From: Methanobacteriota archaeon
GTDB taxonomy: Archaea; Halobacteriota; Bog-38; Methanoflorentales; Methanoflorentaceae
NCBI GenBank assembly: GCA_963720465.1
Contig: OY970393.1
Location: forward strand, 1 to 64,000
Length of the DNA: 64,000 nt
Direction of reading: 5' to 3'
Shown piece after piece: positions 8,877 to 18,385 of the stretch. Below the pieces are notes generated by a model. That model had not been told where the DNA came from, ran no database searches, and saw nothing but the letters and a program-made list of their open reading frames with translations. Both the position numbers and the translations under genes were made by a program. The first letter of the stretch is position 1, and each line of letters begins with the position of its first letter.

Positions 8877-9713
8877 ATGAGGCTCGATCATACCGCCGCG
8901 TTAGTCACATCGTGGGCAGCGCCCTTGTACGCGGAGGGCCCGACCGCGGCATTCGTAGGTCAGCTCGACCTCTCGCAGGGACAGGAGCTCCTCGCGCGTT
9001 GTGACGGCATATGCCCCTGGTACGGCGAAGTAATCCGCGACCGAAAGCACTTTTTAAGCCATTTCATTCAAAAAGAACTGGCGACGCGGGCTGAGCAGTG
9101 TCAGGTGGTGATCCCCGCGGCTGGAGTTTCCCCTCTCGCGTTCGAGCTTCTGCTCTCACAGCGCGACCGCGTAAAAAAGGTAATTGAGGTCGATATTGCG
9201 GGCACGGCAGAGAAACATCGGCTATATTCAACCGTGGCGCCACATCTGGCGGATCGGATTGCCTGTGTCACCGCCGACATTACCACAGCTGGATTTTCTG
9301 CCGGAATGCTCGAAACCGAAGGCGGTTACCAGCCCGATGTGCCCACGATCGTGCTTTTCGAAGGAATCAGCTATTACATAACGGAAGCTCAGCTCCGTCG
9401 CGCGATTGCGGTATTTCGATCTGCACAACAGCAGAACCTCATCGTCCTTGAACACCTGGTTCCCTGCGCGCTTGTCAACGAGGCGAGGCGCTCAATACCT
9501 TCAGGGATCTTCCGAACGATCGGAACCTATGTGGGCCTGTCGAACATTCGGTGTTACAGTCCGGCCCACGTAGAAGCACTCTTTCAAAGCGTGCGCTGCT
9601 CGGAAGTCCAACACTACTCGTCAACCGATATGGAGCGCGTGCGAAAAGGGAAACCGCAACGATTTGTCGAAGACGGTGATGGGTGGATCGGATGCGCGGT
9701 CGGAGCGATATAA
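8877..9713 (+). CDS. Class I SAM-dependent methyltransferase (LCM-like)
   Basis: QVVIPAAGVSP, IEVDI, ADIT and PTIVLFEGISYY motifs. Confidence 0.85.
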   Translation: MRLDHTAALVTSWAAPLYAEGPTAAFVGQLDLSQGQELLARCDGICPWYGEVIRDRKHFLSHFIQKELATRAEQCQVVIPAAGVSPLAFELLLSQRDRVKKVIEVDIAGTAEKHRLYSTVAPHLADRIACVTADITTAGFSAGMLETEGGYQPDVPTIVLFEGISYYITEAQLRRAIAVFRSAQQQNLIVLEHLVPCALVNEARRSIPSGIFRTIGTYVGLSNIRCYSPAHVEALFQSVRCSEVQHYSSTDMERVRKGKPQRFVEDGDGWIGCAVGAI

Positions 9714-9938
9714 TGAGGCCAGTTACGGGCAAACGGAGGGATACAGAGCACGAGCTACAAATAGACGCTGGGACTCCGAAAAACGCAAAGCAGTCCAATA
9801 CAGCCTCCGCAACGTTAGCAGTAGGCGTTCAATAGAGGCTCAAGCTAGCCTGATTGTGTGGCTGCCGCCTAAGAATGCTTGGGCTTTTGACCGGGTTGAT
9901 TAACTGCAGCTACCTCGCGCACTTTATTGTTATTTTAT

Positions 9939-10250
9939 TTAATCGTAGAATTCTTCGTAGTGCACCCCGTTAACTGCAATATCAAGCAGCACGTCAGAAG
10001 ACTTACATTGCGGGCACCGAGGAGGGGCATTGACCTTGAAGCTCCCGCCGCAGGCGCACTTTCCTGCATACTTCTCTACGTCGATAGGATCATGCCAGTT
10101 GTGGTCCAAGTCCATGTAGTCCACCCACCGCTCTCTTCCACACCCGTCGCAATGCAGAAAGTGGGCGCTCATTGATGGTCCGGATCTAACCTTGAAGGTG
10201 TGACCACATTCGTTGCACCGCGCACAAAAACTTCGTCCCACACATAACAC
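9939..10250 (-). CDS. Multi-CxxC zinc-ribbon protein
   Basis: CNECG, CDGCG, CACGG and CPQC motifs. Confidence 0.75.
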   Translation of the reverse strand: MLCVGRSFCARCNECGHTFKVRSGPSMSAHFLHCDGCGRERWVDYMDLDHNWHDPIDVEKYAGKCACGGSFKVNAPPRCPQCKSSDVLLDIAVNGVHYEEFYD

Positions 10251-10651
10251 AGCTGAGTTATTTAGTGTACTAGAATAATGGGAGAACGCAGAGAAATGCG
10301 TTAGCTAGGAATCCTGGTTCAATCTATAAACAATAGATGGTTAGCTGATGGTTAGCTACGTATTGCATAACGCCGTACGCGAGATTGACCTCTATTTAGA
10401 GGAGTTTCCAGTACTTTCTACCGAGTACCACGCCGATATTCTAAGGGTGCGGGCGGCTCCGGATCACGTGATCCAATTGCAGATGTGGAATCGCGGCGCG
10501 GAACCCGCGCACGTCCACGCGTGAACGGCTAACCTTATCTCGTTAGAACACAGACGATTATACGTGCTGAGAGATTTTAATCACCGAACGCCGCGATCGC
10601 GCTATGATCGCCACACCGTCCGCGCTCGCGACATTAGGTATGGAGCTATAT

Positions 10652-12076
10652 ATGGATGAAAAGGACGACATCGTTTTTCACGGAACTCTGCAGCAGCTCG
10701 TCGAGAAGGTCGAAGCGGGCGAGATGGTTCCCAAGCTGCAGGCATCGCACGCGCCGATGTGCAAGTTCTTTACTTCGTTTTATGTCATAAACGGGATTCG
10801 TCACGTGGTCCCTCTTGTGCACGGTCCAACCGGATGCCCTCTGTGGGTCTCAGATATTGTCAGGACGAGGGAGTGCTGCGAGTTCCGCGGCGTCCCCCTC
10901 GAGCCAACCGCATGCACCTCCCTTGACGAGACGAACGTCATCTACGGCGGCGAAGGGAAGCTGCTCGAAGCGGTCAAGGAGGCGGACGAGCGCTACCATC
11001 CCGACCTCATCGTGATTCTGTCCTGCTGCTGTTCCGGGATCATCGGCGACGACGTCGAAAGCGTCGCCGGTGAGGCCGAAAAGCTCGTGCACGCCCGCGT
11101 GCTCGCGCTTCGCAGCGAGGGGTTTGGCGGCGACTTCCGCAGCGGCTACGAAGACGCTTTTGAGCTCATTATGGACCTGATGGAGCCGCCGAAAACCACT
11201 CGGAAGGGAACGATCAATCTTATCGGGGCGCGAATGGGCCCCTCACTGACCGAGTTCAGCGACGACCTTGATGAGATTACGAAGCTGCTGCACGAGGTGG
11301 GGGTTAAGGTCAACGCGGTGATCGCTGGCGGATGCACGGTCGACGAGATCAGAAGGGCGCGCGAAGTTGAGCTCAACGCCTCGTGGTGTTACGATTGGGG
11401 TCAGAAGCTAGGTGACGCCATGGAAGCGCGCTTCGGCATCCCGTACAGCAGGACTGGACAGCCGTACGGGCTCAAAGCGACAGAGGAATGGCTTATGGGC
11501 ATCGCGGGCCCGCTCGGCATGAGGAAGGAGGCCACACGGGTGATACAGCGCGAGACGGAACGCGTTCGGCCTGATTTAACCTACTTGCACGACACGCTCG
11601 ACGGCAAGACTGCCGTTATCGAGATATCAGAGTTTCCCGGTCCGATACGGGCGCTCTCTCTTGCGCGTATGGCAGAAGAGTGCGGCGCTCATCCGGTTGT
11701 CATCAACGTGCATCCTTATACGATCAAGGAGCGGATGCCTAGCATCAAGTTCCTTTTGGACACTGGGGTCAACCCCGAAGTGATTCTCACGAAAGGCCTC
11801 TTTCGTCTAGGCAGCTTCCGTTCGTCGCGCGAGACGGAGGGCGAGCTCGAGGCAATCGCAGAGGGCCTTGACGACCCGATCTTCTTCGGCAACGCCGCCC
11901 GCTACCCCGGGTGTCCGGTTGTCAACCTTACGCTCCTTAATCCTGCGTACCTTCCCCACTATGGCTTCCGGGGCATTCACAACATCGCTGCCCTGCTCAG
12001 ACAAGCCATGGAAAACCAGCGCCTGCCGCGGTCAACGCTTTTTCGAGGGATGCTCTACGGAAACGAAACAAACTGA
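10652..12076 (+). CDS. Nitrogenase-like component I, alpha (NifD/NifE-like) subunit
   Basis: MCKF, HGPTGC, LDETNVIYGG, SCCCSGIIGDD, LNASWCY and YGFRG motifs; GGAG RBS before ATG 10652. Confidence 0.92.
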   Translation: MDEKDDIVFHGTLQQLVEKVEAGEMVPKLQASHAPMCKFFTSFYVINGIRHVVPLVHGPTGCPLWVSDIVRTRECCEFRGVPLEPTACTSLDETNVIYGGEGKLLEAVKEADERYHPDLIVILSCCCSGIIGDDVESVAGEAEKLVHARVLALRSEGFGGDFRSGYEDAFELIMDLMEPPKTTRKGTINLIGARMGPSLTEFSDDLDEITKLLHEVGVKVNAVIAGGCTVDEIRRAREVELNASWCYDWGQKLGDAMEARFGIPYSRTGQPYGLKATEEWLMGIAGPLGMRKEATRVIQRETERVRPDLTYLHDTLDGKTAVIEISEFPGPIRALSLARMAEECGAHPVVINVHPYTIKERMPSIKFLLDTGVNPEVILTKGLFRLGSFRSSRETEGELEAIAEGLDDPIFFGNAARYPGCPVVNLTLLNPAYLPHYGFRGIHNIAALLRQAMENQRLPRSTLFRGMLYGNETN

Positions 12077-13415
12077 TCAGACGCGCACCGCGCGAACGAC
12101 GCCCACTGACGCGTGCCTTGACCCATATATCAGATGTGCTCTTAGCGGCGCAGCCCAAACGGCGTTGGGAGTTAGTGACAGCGCCGTTCTCGCGCACGCA
12201 CCGCAGGGGTGCAATTATCTTGTTGACGGTGCTTTTTCATGGCAGGACTGCGACTACGCCCAAACGACGACGCTGTGCACCAAGCTCTGCGAGGATGAGA
12301 TCGTCCACGGTGGCGAGGAGCTCCTCGCCCGCACGATCCTTGAGGCCAAAGAGCTCGACATCGCCGCGCTCTTTGTTCTAAGCGCGTGTGGGCCCGAGAT
12401 CGTGGGCGACGACATCGTTGCGGTGTGCGAGGAAATGCAAGCCCAGGTTGACTTTACGATTGTTCCCATCGAGTGCGCCGGCTTTCGCGGTTCGCAATAC
12501 GATGGCATCGACCTCGCGCTCGACGCGATGCTTCGCGCGCTTGCCGGAAATGGGCGTCCTAGGATCCCGCACTCGGTGTGCCTCATCGCTCCCCATGCGA
12601 ACGCCAATCCGACGTGGATGGCCGATCTGGCGTGGGTAAAGGACGTTCTTGCCCGGCTTGGCGTTCAGGTGCTCGCCACGCTCACCCACGCAACGGCGCT
12701 TAGCGAGTTTGCACGCGTGTCCGCCGCTGAGGGGGTGCTTCAGTTAAGCCACGACGCCGGCTATCGCGCGGTCGAATATCTTATCGACACGTTTGGGGTC
12801 GAACCGCTTTGTAGGGATCTCCCCCTCCCCATCGGGATGACCAACACGCGGCGCTGGCTTACCGCCCTGGGGGAGCGGTTCGATGCGGAGCGCTCGGCCG
12901 AGGAGCTGATCGCCGAAGGCGAGCGGACGATAATGGAAACATGTCGCCGCCGCTGGCCAGTGGCGCGCTTTTTTTACCGGACGCCCGCGGCGGTCGTGGC
13001 TGACGCCACGGTTGGCATCCCGCTTGTCCGCTTTGCGACTGAGGAGATGGAGCTGACGCCCGCGCTCGTTGCCCTTCGCTCCGCGCACCCCGAAGCACAG
13101 CGCCTGCTTGAAAAAGAGCTGAACGACCTCGGCCTGGCGCCGCAGGTCGCGTATGGGACTGATGTCTTTGCGACGCGGCAGAGCCTTGAGCAGGTACGCC
13201 CGCGGGTGGTTTTCGGAAGCACGATCGAGAGACACGCAAGCGAGGGGTTGGACGTTCCGTACATCTTTGAGGTCGTGCGCCCTGTCAGGCAGTTCCGGCT
13301 GCTCAATCGGGAGTACTTCGGTTACCGCGGCATCCTCAATCTGCTCGAGTGCATCCAGAACGAGTGGAGCGACCGGTGGCGGTCAACCCAACGGCGTTAC
13401 GCTGCACGCTGGTAG
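12057..13415 (+). CDS. Nitrogenase-like component I, beta (NifK/NifN-like) subunit
   Basis: DPYIRCALSG, HAPQGC, EDEIVHGG, SACGPEIVGDD, LPIG and YFGYRG motifs. Start uncertain (ACG 12057 or ATG 11961). Confidence 0.9.
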   Translation, partial: TETKQTDQTRTARTTPTDACLDPYIRCALSGAAQTALGVSDSAVLAHAPQGCNYLVDGAFSWQDCDYAQTTTLCTKLCEDEIVHGGEELLARTILEAKELDIAALFVLSACGPEIVGDDIVAVCEEMQAQVDFTIVPIECAGFRGSQYDGIDLALDAMLRALAGNGRPRIPHSVCLIAPHANANPTWMADLAWVKDVLARLGVQVLATLTHATALSEFARVSAAEGVLQLSHDAGYRAVEYLIDTFGVEPLCRDLPLPIGMTNTRRWLTALGERFDAERSAEELIAEGERTIMETCRRRWPVARFFYRTPAAVVADATVGIPLVRFATEEMELTPALVALRSAHPEAQRLLEKELNDLGLAPQVAYGTDVFATRQSLEQVRPRVVFGSTIERHASEGLDVPYIFEVVRPVRQFRLLNREYFGYRGILNLLECIQNEWSDRWRSTQRRYAARW

Positions 13416-13428
13416 AGGAGACATCACA

Positions 13429-14283
13429 ATGAAACAAATCGCAATCTATGGCAAGGGAGGAATCGGAAAGAGCACCATCGCATCAAACATCTCAGCGGCC
13501 CTCAATGAGTGGGGGGTCAACGTCATGCAGGTCGGCTGCGACCCAAAGCGAGACTCAACGAGGATACTCGCGGGAGGGCACCTCATCCCCGCTGTCCTTG
13601 AGATCTACAGAGACAAGCTGCGGCACGGACAGGACGCGCACGCCATTTCGCTCGACGACATCGTCTTCAAGACGCCTAGCGGCATCTACTGCGTCGAAGC
13701 GGGAGGTCCGGAGCCTGGAATCGGCTGTGCCGGGCGCGGGGTTCTCACGGCGCTCCAAATTCTGAAAGACCTCAAGGCGTTTGAAACCTACGCGATTGAT
13801 GTGGCTATCTACGACGTTCTCGGCGACGTCGTGTGTGGCGGGTTTGCAATGCCCATCCGCGAAGGGTTTGCGAGTGAGATCTACCTCGTCTGTTCCGGAG
13901 GCTTTATGAGCATCTACGCGGCGAATAACATCGCGAGGGCGGTACAACGTCTCGCGCGCCGCGGCGACACCGGACTGTCCGGAATCATCTGCAACAGCAA
14001 CGGTGATGAGGCGCTGGAGCGGGCTGTGGTTCCCGCGTTTGCTCAGCGTTTGGGCAGCGCGTTCGTGGAATTTGTTCCGCGCAGCCCCGTAATTCAAGCG
14101 TGCGAACTTGAAGGGCGCGCGGTGGTTGAACACGCCCCTCAGTCAGAGGAGGCGGCGATTTTTCGGGATCTTGCGCGGAAGGTGATGGAAAACGACGTGA
14201 AAGTGATCCCGACGCCTGTGGAGGAACTGCCCGAGCTCGAAGAGTTATATCGGCGACACTTGGCAAGGCCTGAGGCCGTGTGA
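13429..14283 (+). CDS. NifH-like Fe protein (ATP-dependent reductase)
   Basis: YGKGGIGKST, GCDPKRDST, EAGGPEPGIGCAGRG and YDVLGDVVCGGFAMPIR; both [4Fe-4S] Cys present. Confidence 0.97.
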   Translation: MKQIAIYGKGGIGKSTIASNISAALNEWGVNVMQVGCDPKRDSTRILAGGHLIPAVLEIYRDKLRHGQDAHAISLDDIVFKTPSGIYCVEAGGPEPGIGCAGRGVLTALQILKDLKAFETYAIDVAIYDVLGDVVCGGFAMPIREGFASEIYLVCSGGFMSIYAANNIARAVQRLARRGDTGLSGIICNSNGDEALERAVVPAFAQRLGSAFVEFVPRSPVIQACELEGRAVVEHAPQSEEAAIFRDLARKVMENDVKVIPTPVEELPELEELYRRHLARPEAV

Positions 14284-14557
14284 ATCGGCGTCGTGGTAAG
14301 ACCGTTGTCCGCATGTGAGGCGACGTGAAACAAAAAAACGTGCTGCTGTGTTTAAGTTGTAAGAACTACGTCAGCCCTCGCGTATGTCAGGCCTTTGCTT
14401 CGATACCTTCGGAGATATGGGAAAATCGCTTTCGCCATACCGAGCCGTACCTCGGCGACAACGGGAAGCGTTTCACACCAAAATTCGGGTAACTTCGCTT
14501 GCGCGCGTCGGCACGCCGAAGCCCTCTAGTTGGCACCAAACGTGAAGCTTTGTTCCC

Positions 14558-15199
14558 ATGAAGCGCATCGAGATTGACGAGATTTACCAAAAAACACCGT
14601 TGGAGCTGATTCCCTGGAACATAGAAACCCCACCTCCGGCGCTAGTTGCGCTCGTCGACAGTCGAATCGTCACTCCGTGCCGAGCGATTGATCTCGGCTG
14701 CGGCGCCGGCAATTATGCAGTGTGGCTCGCGAGCAGTGGGTTTGAGGTCATGGGAGTAGATAGCGCCCCCACGGCGATCAAGCGCGCCAAGGAGAATGCG
14801 ACGAAAAAAGGGGTCGAGTGCACGTTTCTCGTTGCCGATGTGCTCGGCGATTTTGAAAACGTTACCGGCACGTTTGATTTTGCCTATGATTGGGAGCTGT
14901 TACATCACATTTTCCCTGAGCAGCGCCAGCGGTACGTAGCGAACGTGCATAGGCTCCTTAATCCAAAAGGGAAGTATCTTTCCCTGTGCTTCAACGAGAG
15001 AGATCCCGCTTTTGGCGGCGTGGGAAAGTATCGAAGGACGCCGTTGGGTACCGTGCTGTATTTCTCATCCGAAGGCGAGCTGCGTGCGCTTTTCGATTCC
15101 AATTTTAGGATTCTTGATTTGCGTACCGTTGAAGTGCACGGCAAATCTGCTTCACATCTTGCCAGCTACTGTTTCATGGAGCGAAAAGAGCCGCCTTAA
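14558..15199 (+). CDS. Class I SAM-dependent methyltransferase (TPMT/TehB-like)
   Basis: IPWN, IDLGCGAG, GVDSAPTAI and FDFAYDWELLHH motifs. Confidence 0.88.
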   Translation: MKRIEIDEIYQKTPLELIPWNIETPPPALVALVDSRIVTPCRAIDLGCGAGNYAVWLASSGFEVMGVDSAPTAIKRAKENATKKGVECTFLVADVLGDFENVTGTFDFAYDWELLHHIFPEQRQRYVANVHRLLNPKGKYLSLCFNERDPAFGGVGKYRRTPLGTVLYFSSEGELRALFDSNFRILDLRTVEVHGKSASHLASYCFMERKEPP

Positions 15200-15292
15200 A
15201 ATAGCGGGCGCTACGAATGGTGAGCGTGTCTCCGATCTGAGGCTATGAGCAATCGCACGCGAAATGCTCGCTTACTCGCGCAATACATAGTC

Positions 15293-15323
15293 GTTAAGTT
15301 TGGTTAAGTTTTGGTTAAGTTTG
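15293..15323. repeat. Three tandem GTTAAGTTT(T)G units
   Basis: gttaagtttg gttaagttttg gttaagtttg, with a 10-11 bp period. Confidence 0.7.
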
Positions 15324-15528
15324 CTAAAGTCAACGTGCTTAACGTGGGTGAAGATTTCCCGCACCACGTCAAGGTCGCGACCGTCTCAAACCAGAAATGG
15401 CTGACGAGGAAAGCCCCCGGTTTATCTAGTTAGCAAGGCCGAAGAGCGCACCGACGCGCTTTTCGGATCCTACAAGCGAGAAGGCTTGAAATACTAAAAG
15501 CAGCACATTCTTAAAAAAGGTGAAACAC

Positions 15529-16140
15529 GTGAACGAAGAAAAATGTGCACAATGCGGCACTCCAGCGTCGCCAGGTGCCCAATTCTGCGCGGCCTGCGGC
15601 GCGACGCTGACCGATCACAGGGCGCGCCCTTCCCAACGGGTTCCTCCTACGATGCAGCCTGCTCCGACTTATCAAGCGCCTGCTTACTACACGGGCACTC
15701 CTACGCCCTATATAGGCGTTGCCATTCGCTTTGTCGCGACAATCATTGATGCCATCATTATCGTGGTTATTGTTAGCATACTAACGATCCCTCTCCTCGT
15801 CGCGGCTATCGCCGTGAACGTCGGGAACGGAAACGTGTCAGCGATTTCATCGGGGCCTATTGTGGCACTAACTGTCGTAGGATTAGTCGTTTGGTTCCTC
15901 TATTTTACGCTGCTGGAGGGGCGCTATGGGCAAACGGTCGGCAAGATGGCACTCAGCATCAAGGTCGTGCGAGAAGCTGATGGAGCACCGATCGACTATG
16001 GAGAAGCGGCTGTGCGCACCGTCCTTCGCATCATCGACGGTTTGTTTGATTATCTCATAGGGGCAATTTTTATCTGGACCTCAGACAAGAAACAGCGCCT
16101 CGGCGATCGCGTCGCGCACACCGTCGTAGTTAGCCAGTGA
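15529..16140 (+). CDS. Zinc-ribbon + RDD-family membrane protein (paralog 1)
   Basis: CAQCG/CAACG; RFVATIID, GQTVGK and QRLGDRVAHTVV motifs; GTG start after AGGTGA. Confidence 0.9.
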   Translation: MNEEKCAQCGTPASPGAQFCAACGATLTDHRARPSQRVPPTMQPAPTYQAPAYYTGTPTPYIGVAIRFVATIIDAIIIVVIVSILTIPLLVAAIAVNVGNGNVSAISSGPIVALTVVGLVVWFLYFTLLEGRYGQTVGKMALSIKVVREADGAPIDYGEAAVRTVLRIIDGLFDYLIGAIFIWTSDKKQRLGDRVAHTVVVSQ

Positions 16141-16422
16141 TAGGCGTGAGTCCCCCCTTTTTGTGTTCTGGAGTAGCTTCATGTTTCGCAGAACATGCGT
16201 GGCTGGCCATATAGCTTCTACCAGTCTACCTCCTCATAGCCCCTCATTTTTGGTTCTGCGAACGGCACAACGACTCAAAGTGGCTGGTGCAGTGCGTTGA
16301 CCGACAGTACTTATCGTTCTATCGTTCGTAGCGAATAAGGCCACAGAACAGCGGCCGCGTAAAACCGCAAGAAAAGATTAAAAGGGTGGCTTTCCTATGG
16401 CTTAAGAAAGGAGGCGAAATGT

Positions 16423-17034
16423 TTGAACACAAATCAATGCGCACACTGCGGAACTCCCGCGTCACCGGGCGCTAAATACTGCGAAAGCTGTGGCGCCACA
16501 CTCGGGACGCAACCGGCTCAAGCGCTGCAGCCTTCGTTTGCTCTGGCATCCGGGTATCAAGCACCTCGTTCTTACGTGCCGCGCCTCGCGCCGCCCTACC
16601 AAGGCGTTGCCATTCGCTTTGTCGCGATTCTTATTGATACTATAATTATAGCGATCATCGGAGGTATATTGTCCGCCCCGTTCAACGCGCTCACAGTCAT
16701 TCCGAACAGCGCGTCAGGAACCGCCACTATTTCACTGGCCACTGCTGTCGGGGGACTTGTTTCGCTGGCGGTCTTTGTTCTGTACTTCACGTTGCTCGAG
16801 GGCCACTACGGACAGACTGTCGGGAAAATGGCCGTCAAGAGCAAAGTCGTGCGAGAAGCAGATGGCGCACCGATCGACTATTCCGAAGCTGCAGTCCGAA
16901 CGATCCTGCGGTTTCTTGATCTGATCCCATTCATAATCCCCTATCTGCTCGGCGCACTCCTCATTTGGTCCTCCGAAGAGAAACAGCGCCTCGGCGACCG
17001 CGTAGCGCATACCGTTGTGCTTAAAGCTGAATAG
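16423..17034 (+). CDS. Zinc-ribbon + RDD-family membrane protein (paralog 2)
   Basis: Same motifs as paralog 1; TTG start after GGAGG. Confidence 0.9.
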   Translation: MNTNQCAHCGTPASPGAKYCESCGATLGTQPAQALQPSFALASGYQAPRSYVPRLAPPYQGVAIRFVAILIDTIIIAIIGGILSAPFNALTVIPNSASGTATISLATAVGGLVSLAVFVLYFTLLEGHYGQTVGKMAVKSKVVREADGAPIDYSEAAVRTILRFLDLIPFIIPYLLGALLIWSSEEKQRLGDRVAHTVVLKAE

Positions 17035-17300
17035 ATTCAGTGCTCCATTTTCTTATTACTACCGCGGACAGAGTCTTTGATCTTTGCTGGGCTTGCTCTG
17101 TAATCGGACACATCGCCCTACGAAGAGCGTTTTGGCTTAGTTATAAGCGTGACAAGTCTTTGTGGCGAGGACTGGTTCCTGGTGCCCAAGCGCGAATCGA
17201 GCTTCTATAGCTGCCGATCGAGAACATGCTTATAACTGAGCAGTTTGACTGCAAATCGTAAGAAAGATTAAAAGGAACGCTCCTCTATGACTTAAAAAAA

Positions 17301-17642
17301 GGAGGTGAAACACGTGGAAGAAGACAAATGTGCACAATGCGGCACTCCTGCACCACCGGGCGCTAAATACTGCGAAAGCTGTGGCGCTCCGCTTGCGGCT
17401 GCTTCGCAACCTGCGGAGGTGAAACACGCCGACGAAGACAAATGTGCACAATGCGGCACTCCTGCACCACCGGGCGCTAAATACTGCGAAAGCTGTGGCG
17501 CTCCGCTTGCGGCTGCTTCGCAACCTGCGGAGGTGAAACACGCCGACGAAGACAAATGTGCACAATGCGGCACTCCTGCAGCACCCGGGGCCAAGTTCTG
17601 TGAAAGCTGTGGTGCACCACTAGCTGCCGTTACACAACCAGT
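17301..17642 (+). repeat. Three tandem 114-bp repeats (38 aa Zn-ribbon unit)
   Basis: GGAGGTGAAACACG recurs at 17301, 17415 and 17529; units 1 and 2 are nearly identical. Confidence 0.95.
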
Positions 17643-18111
17643 CCAAGGCCCAGCTGCCGCGGAACCTGCTGCTGCGTACACAGCACCACGGGCGCAAGCG
17701 CCTTACTCAGCACCAGGCGTTGAAATGCCTTATCAGGGCGTCGCCATCCGGTTTGTAGCGTTACTCATTGATGCCATTATTTTAGGGATTATCACTAGCG
17801 CAATTTCGTTTGTCGCTGTGAGCTACGCAGCTATCGTTTTGGGCATTGTGATCGACCTGCTCTACTTTACGCTCCTCTTGGGGCGTTATGGGCAATCGGT
17901 CGGAATGATGGTAGTCAAGATAAAAGTGGTCAGTGAGGCGGACAGCTCACCGATCACTTACGGAGCGGCGTTTGTGCGTACGATTCTTTTGTTGATCGAT
18001 GCTATCCCGTACGTCGTCCCTTACCTGCTCGGAGCAATCCTCATCTGGACCTCAGACAAGAAACAGCGCCTCGGCGATCGCATCGCGCACACCGTCGTAC
18101 TGAAAGCGTGA
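17314..18111 (+). CDS. Triple zinc-ribbon + RDD-family membrane protein (paralog 3)
   Basis: Three CAQCG...CESCG units followed by an RDD domain; GTG 17314 after GGAGGTGA. Confidence 0.9.
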   Translation: MEEDKCAQCGTPAPPGAKYCESCGAPLAAASQPAEVKHADEDKCAQCGTPAPPGAKYCESCGAPLAAASQPAEVKHADEDKCAQCGTPAAPGAKFCESCGAPLAAVTQPVQGPAAAEPAAAYTAPRAQAPYSAPGVEMPYQGVAIRFVALLIDAIILGIITSAISFVAVSYAAIVLGIVIDLLYFTLLLGRYGQSVGMMVVKIKVVSEADSSPITYGAAFVRTILLLIDAIPYVVPYLLGAILIWTSDKKQRLGDRIAHTVVLKA

Positions 18112-18385
18112 TAGGGGCGCAAGCCCCATTTGTCTTTTTTGTCACCAATAAGCGGCTAGCTTCGTCCATAGCTGTCGCTCTGAGCCTGGAAGCAGACCCC
18201 GGAGGCAGGCATCAAGTGAAACTATTGAAACGAGAACAGCGCGTTGCGATTCTGCAATGCTGGGTGTGGCGATTGTCGTGCCACGTCAAAATGAAACCGA
18301 AGCACGCACACTGCCAGCAAATCGCAAGAAAGATAAAAAGGAACGCTCTTCTTATGGCGTAACAAATGCAAAGGAGGTGAAACGC

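Noticed and set aside
10652-14283. Bona fide Mo-nitrogenase, CfbCD or DPOR/COR
   Set aside because: His442/His195/Gln191 equivalents and nifENB are not seen; CfbD is a single shorter subunit; the Cys pattern and context do not fit chlorophyll reductases.
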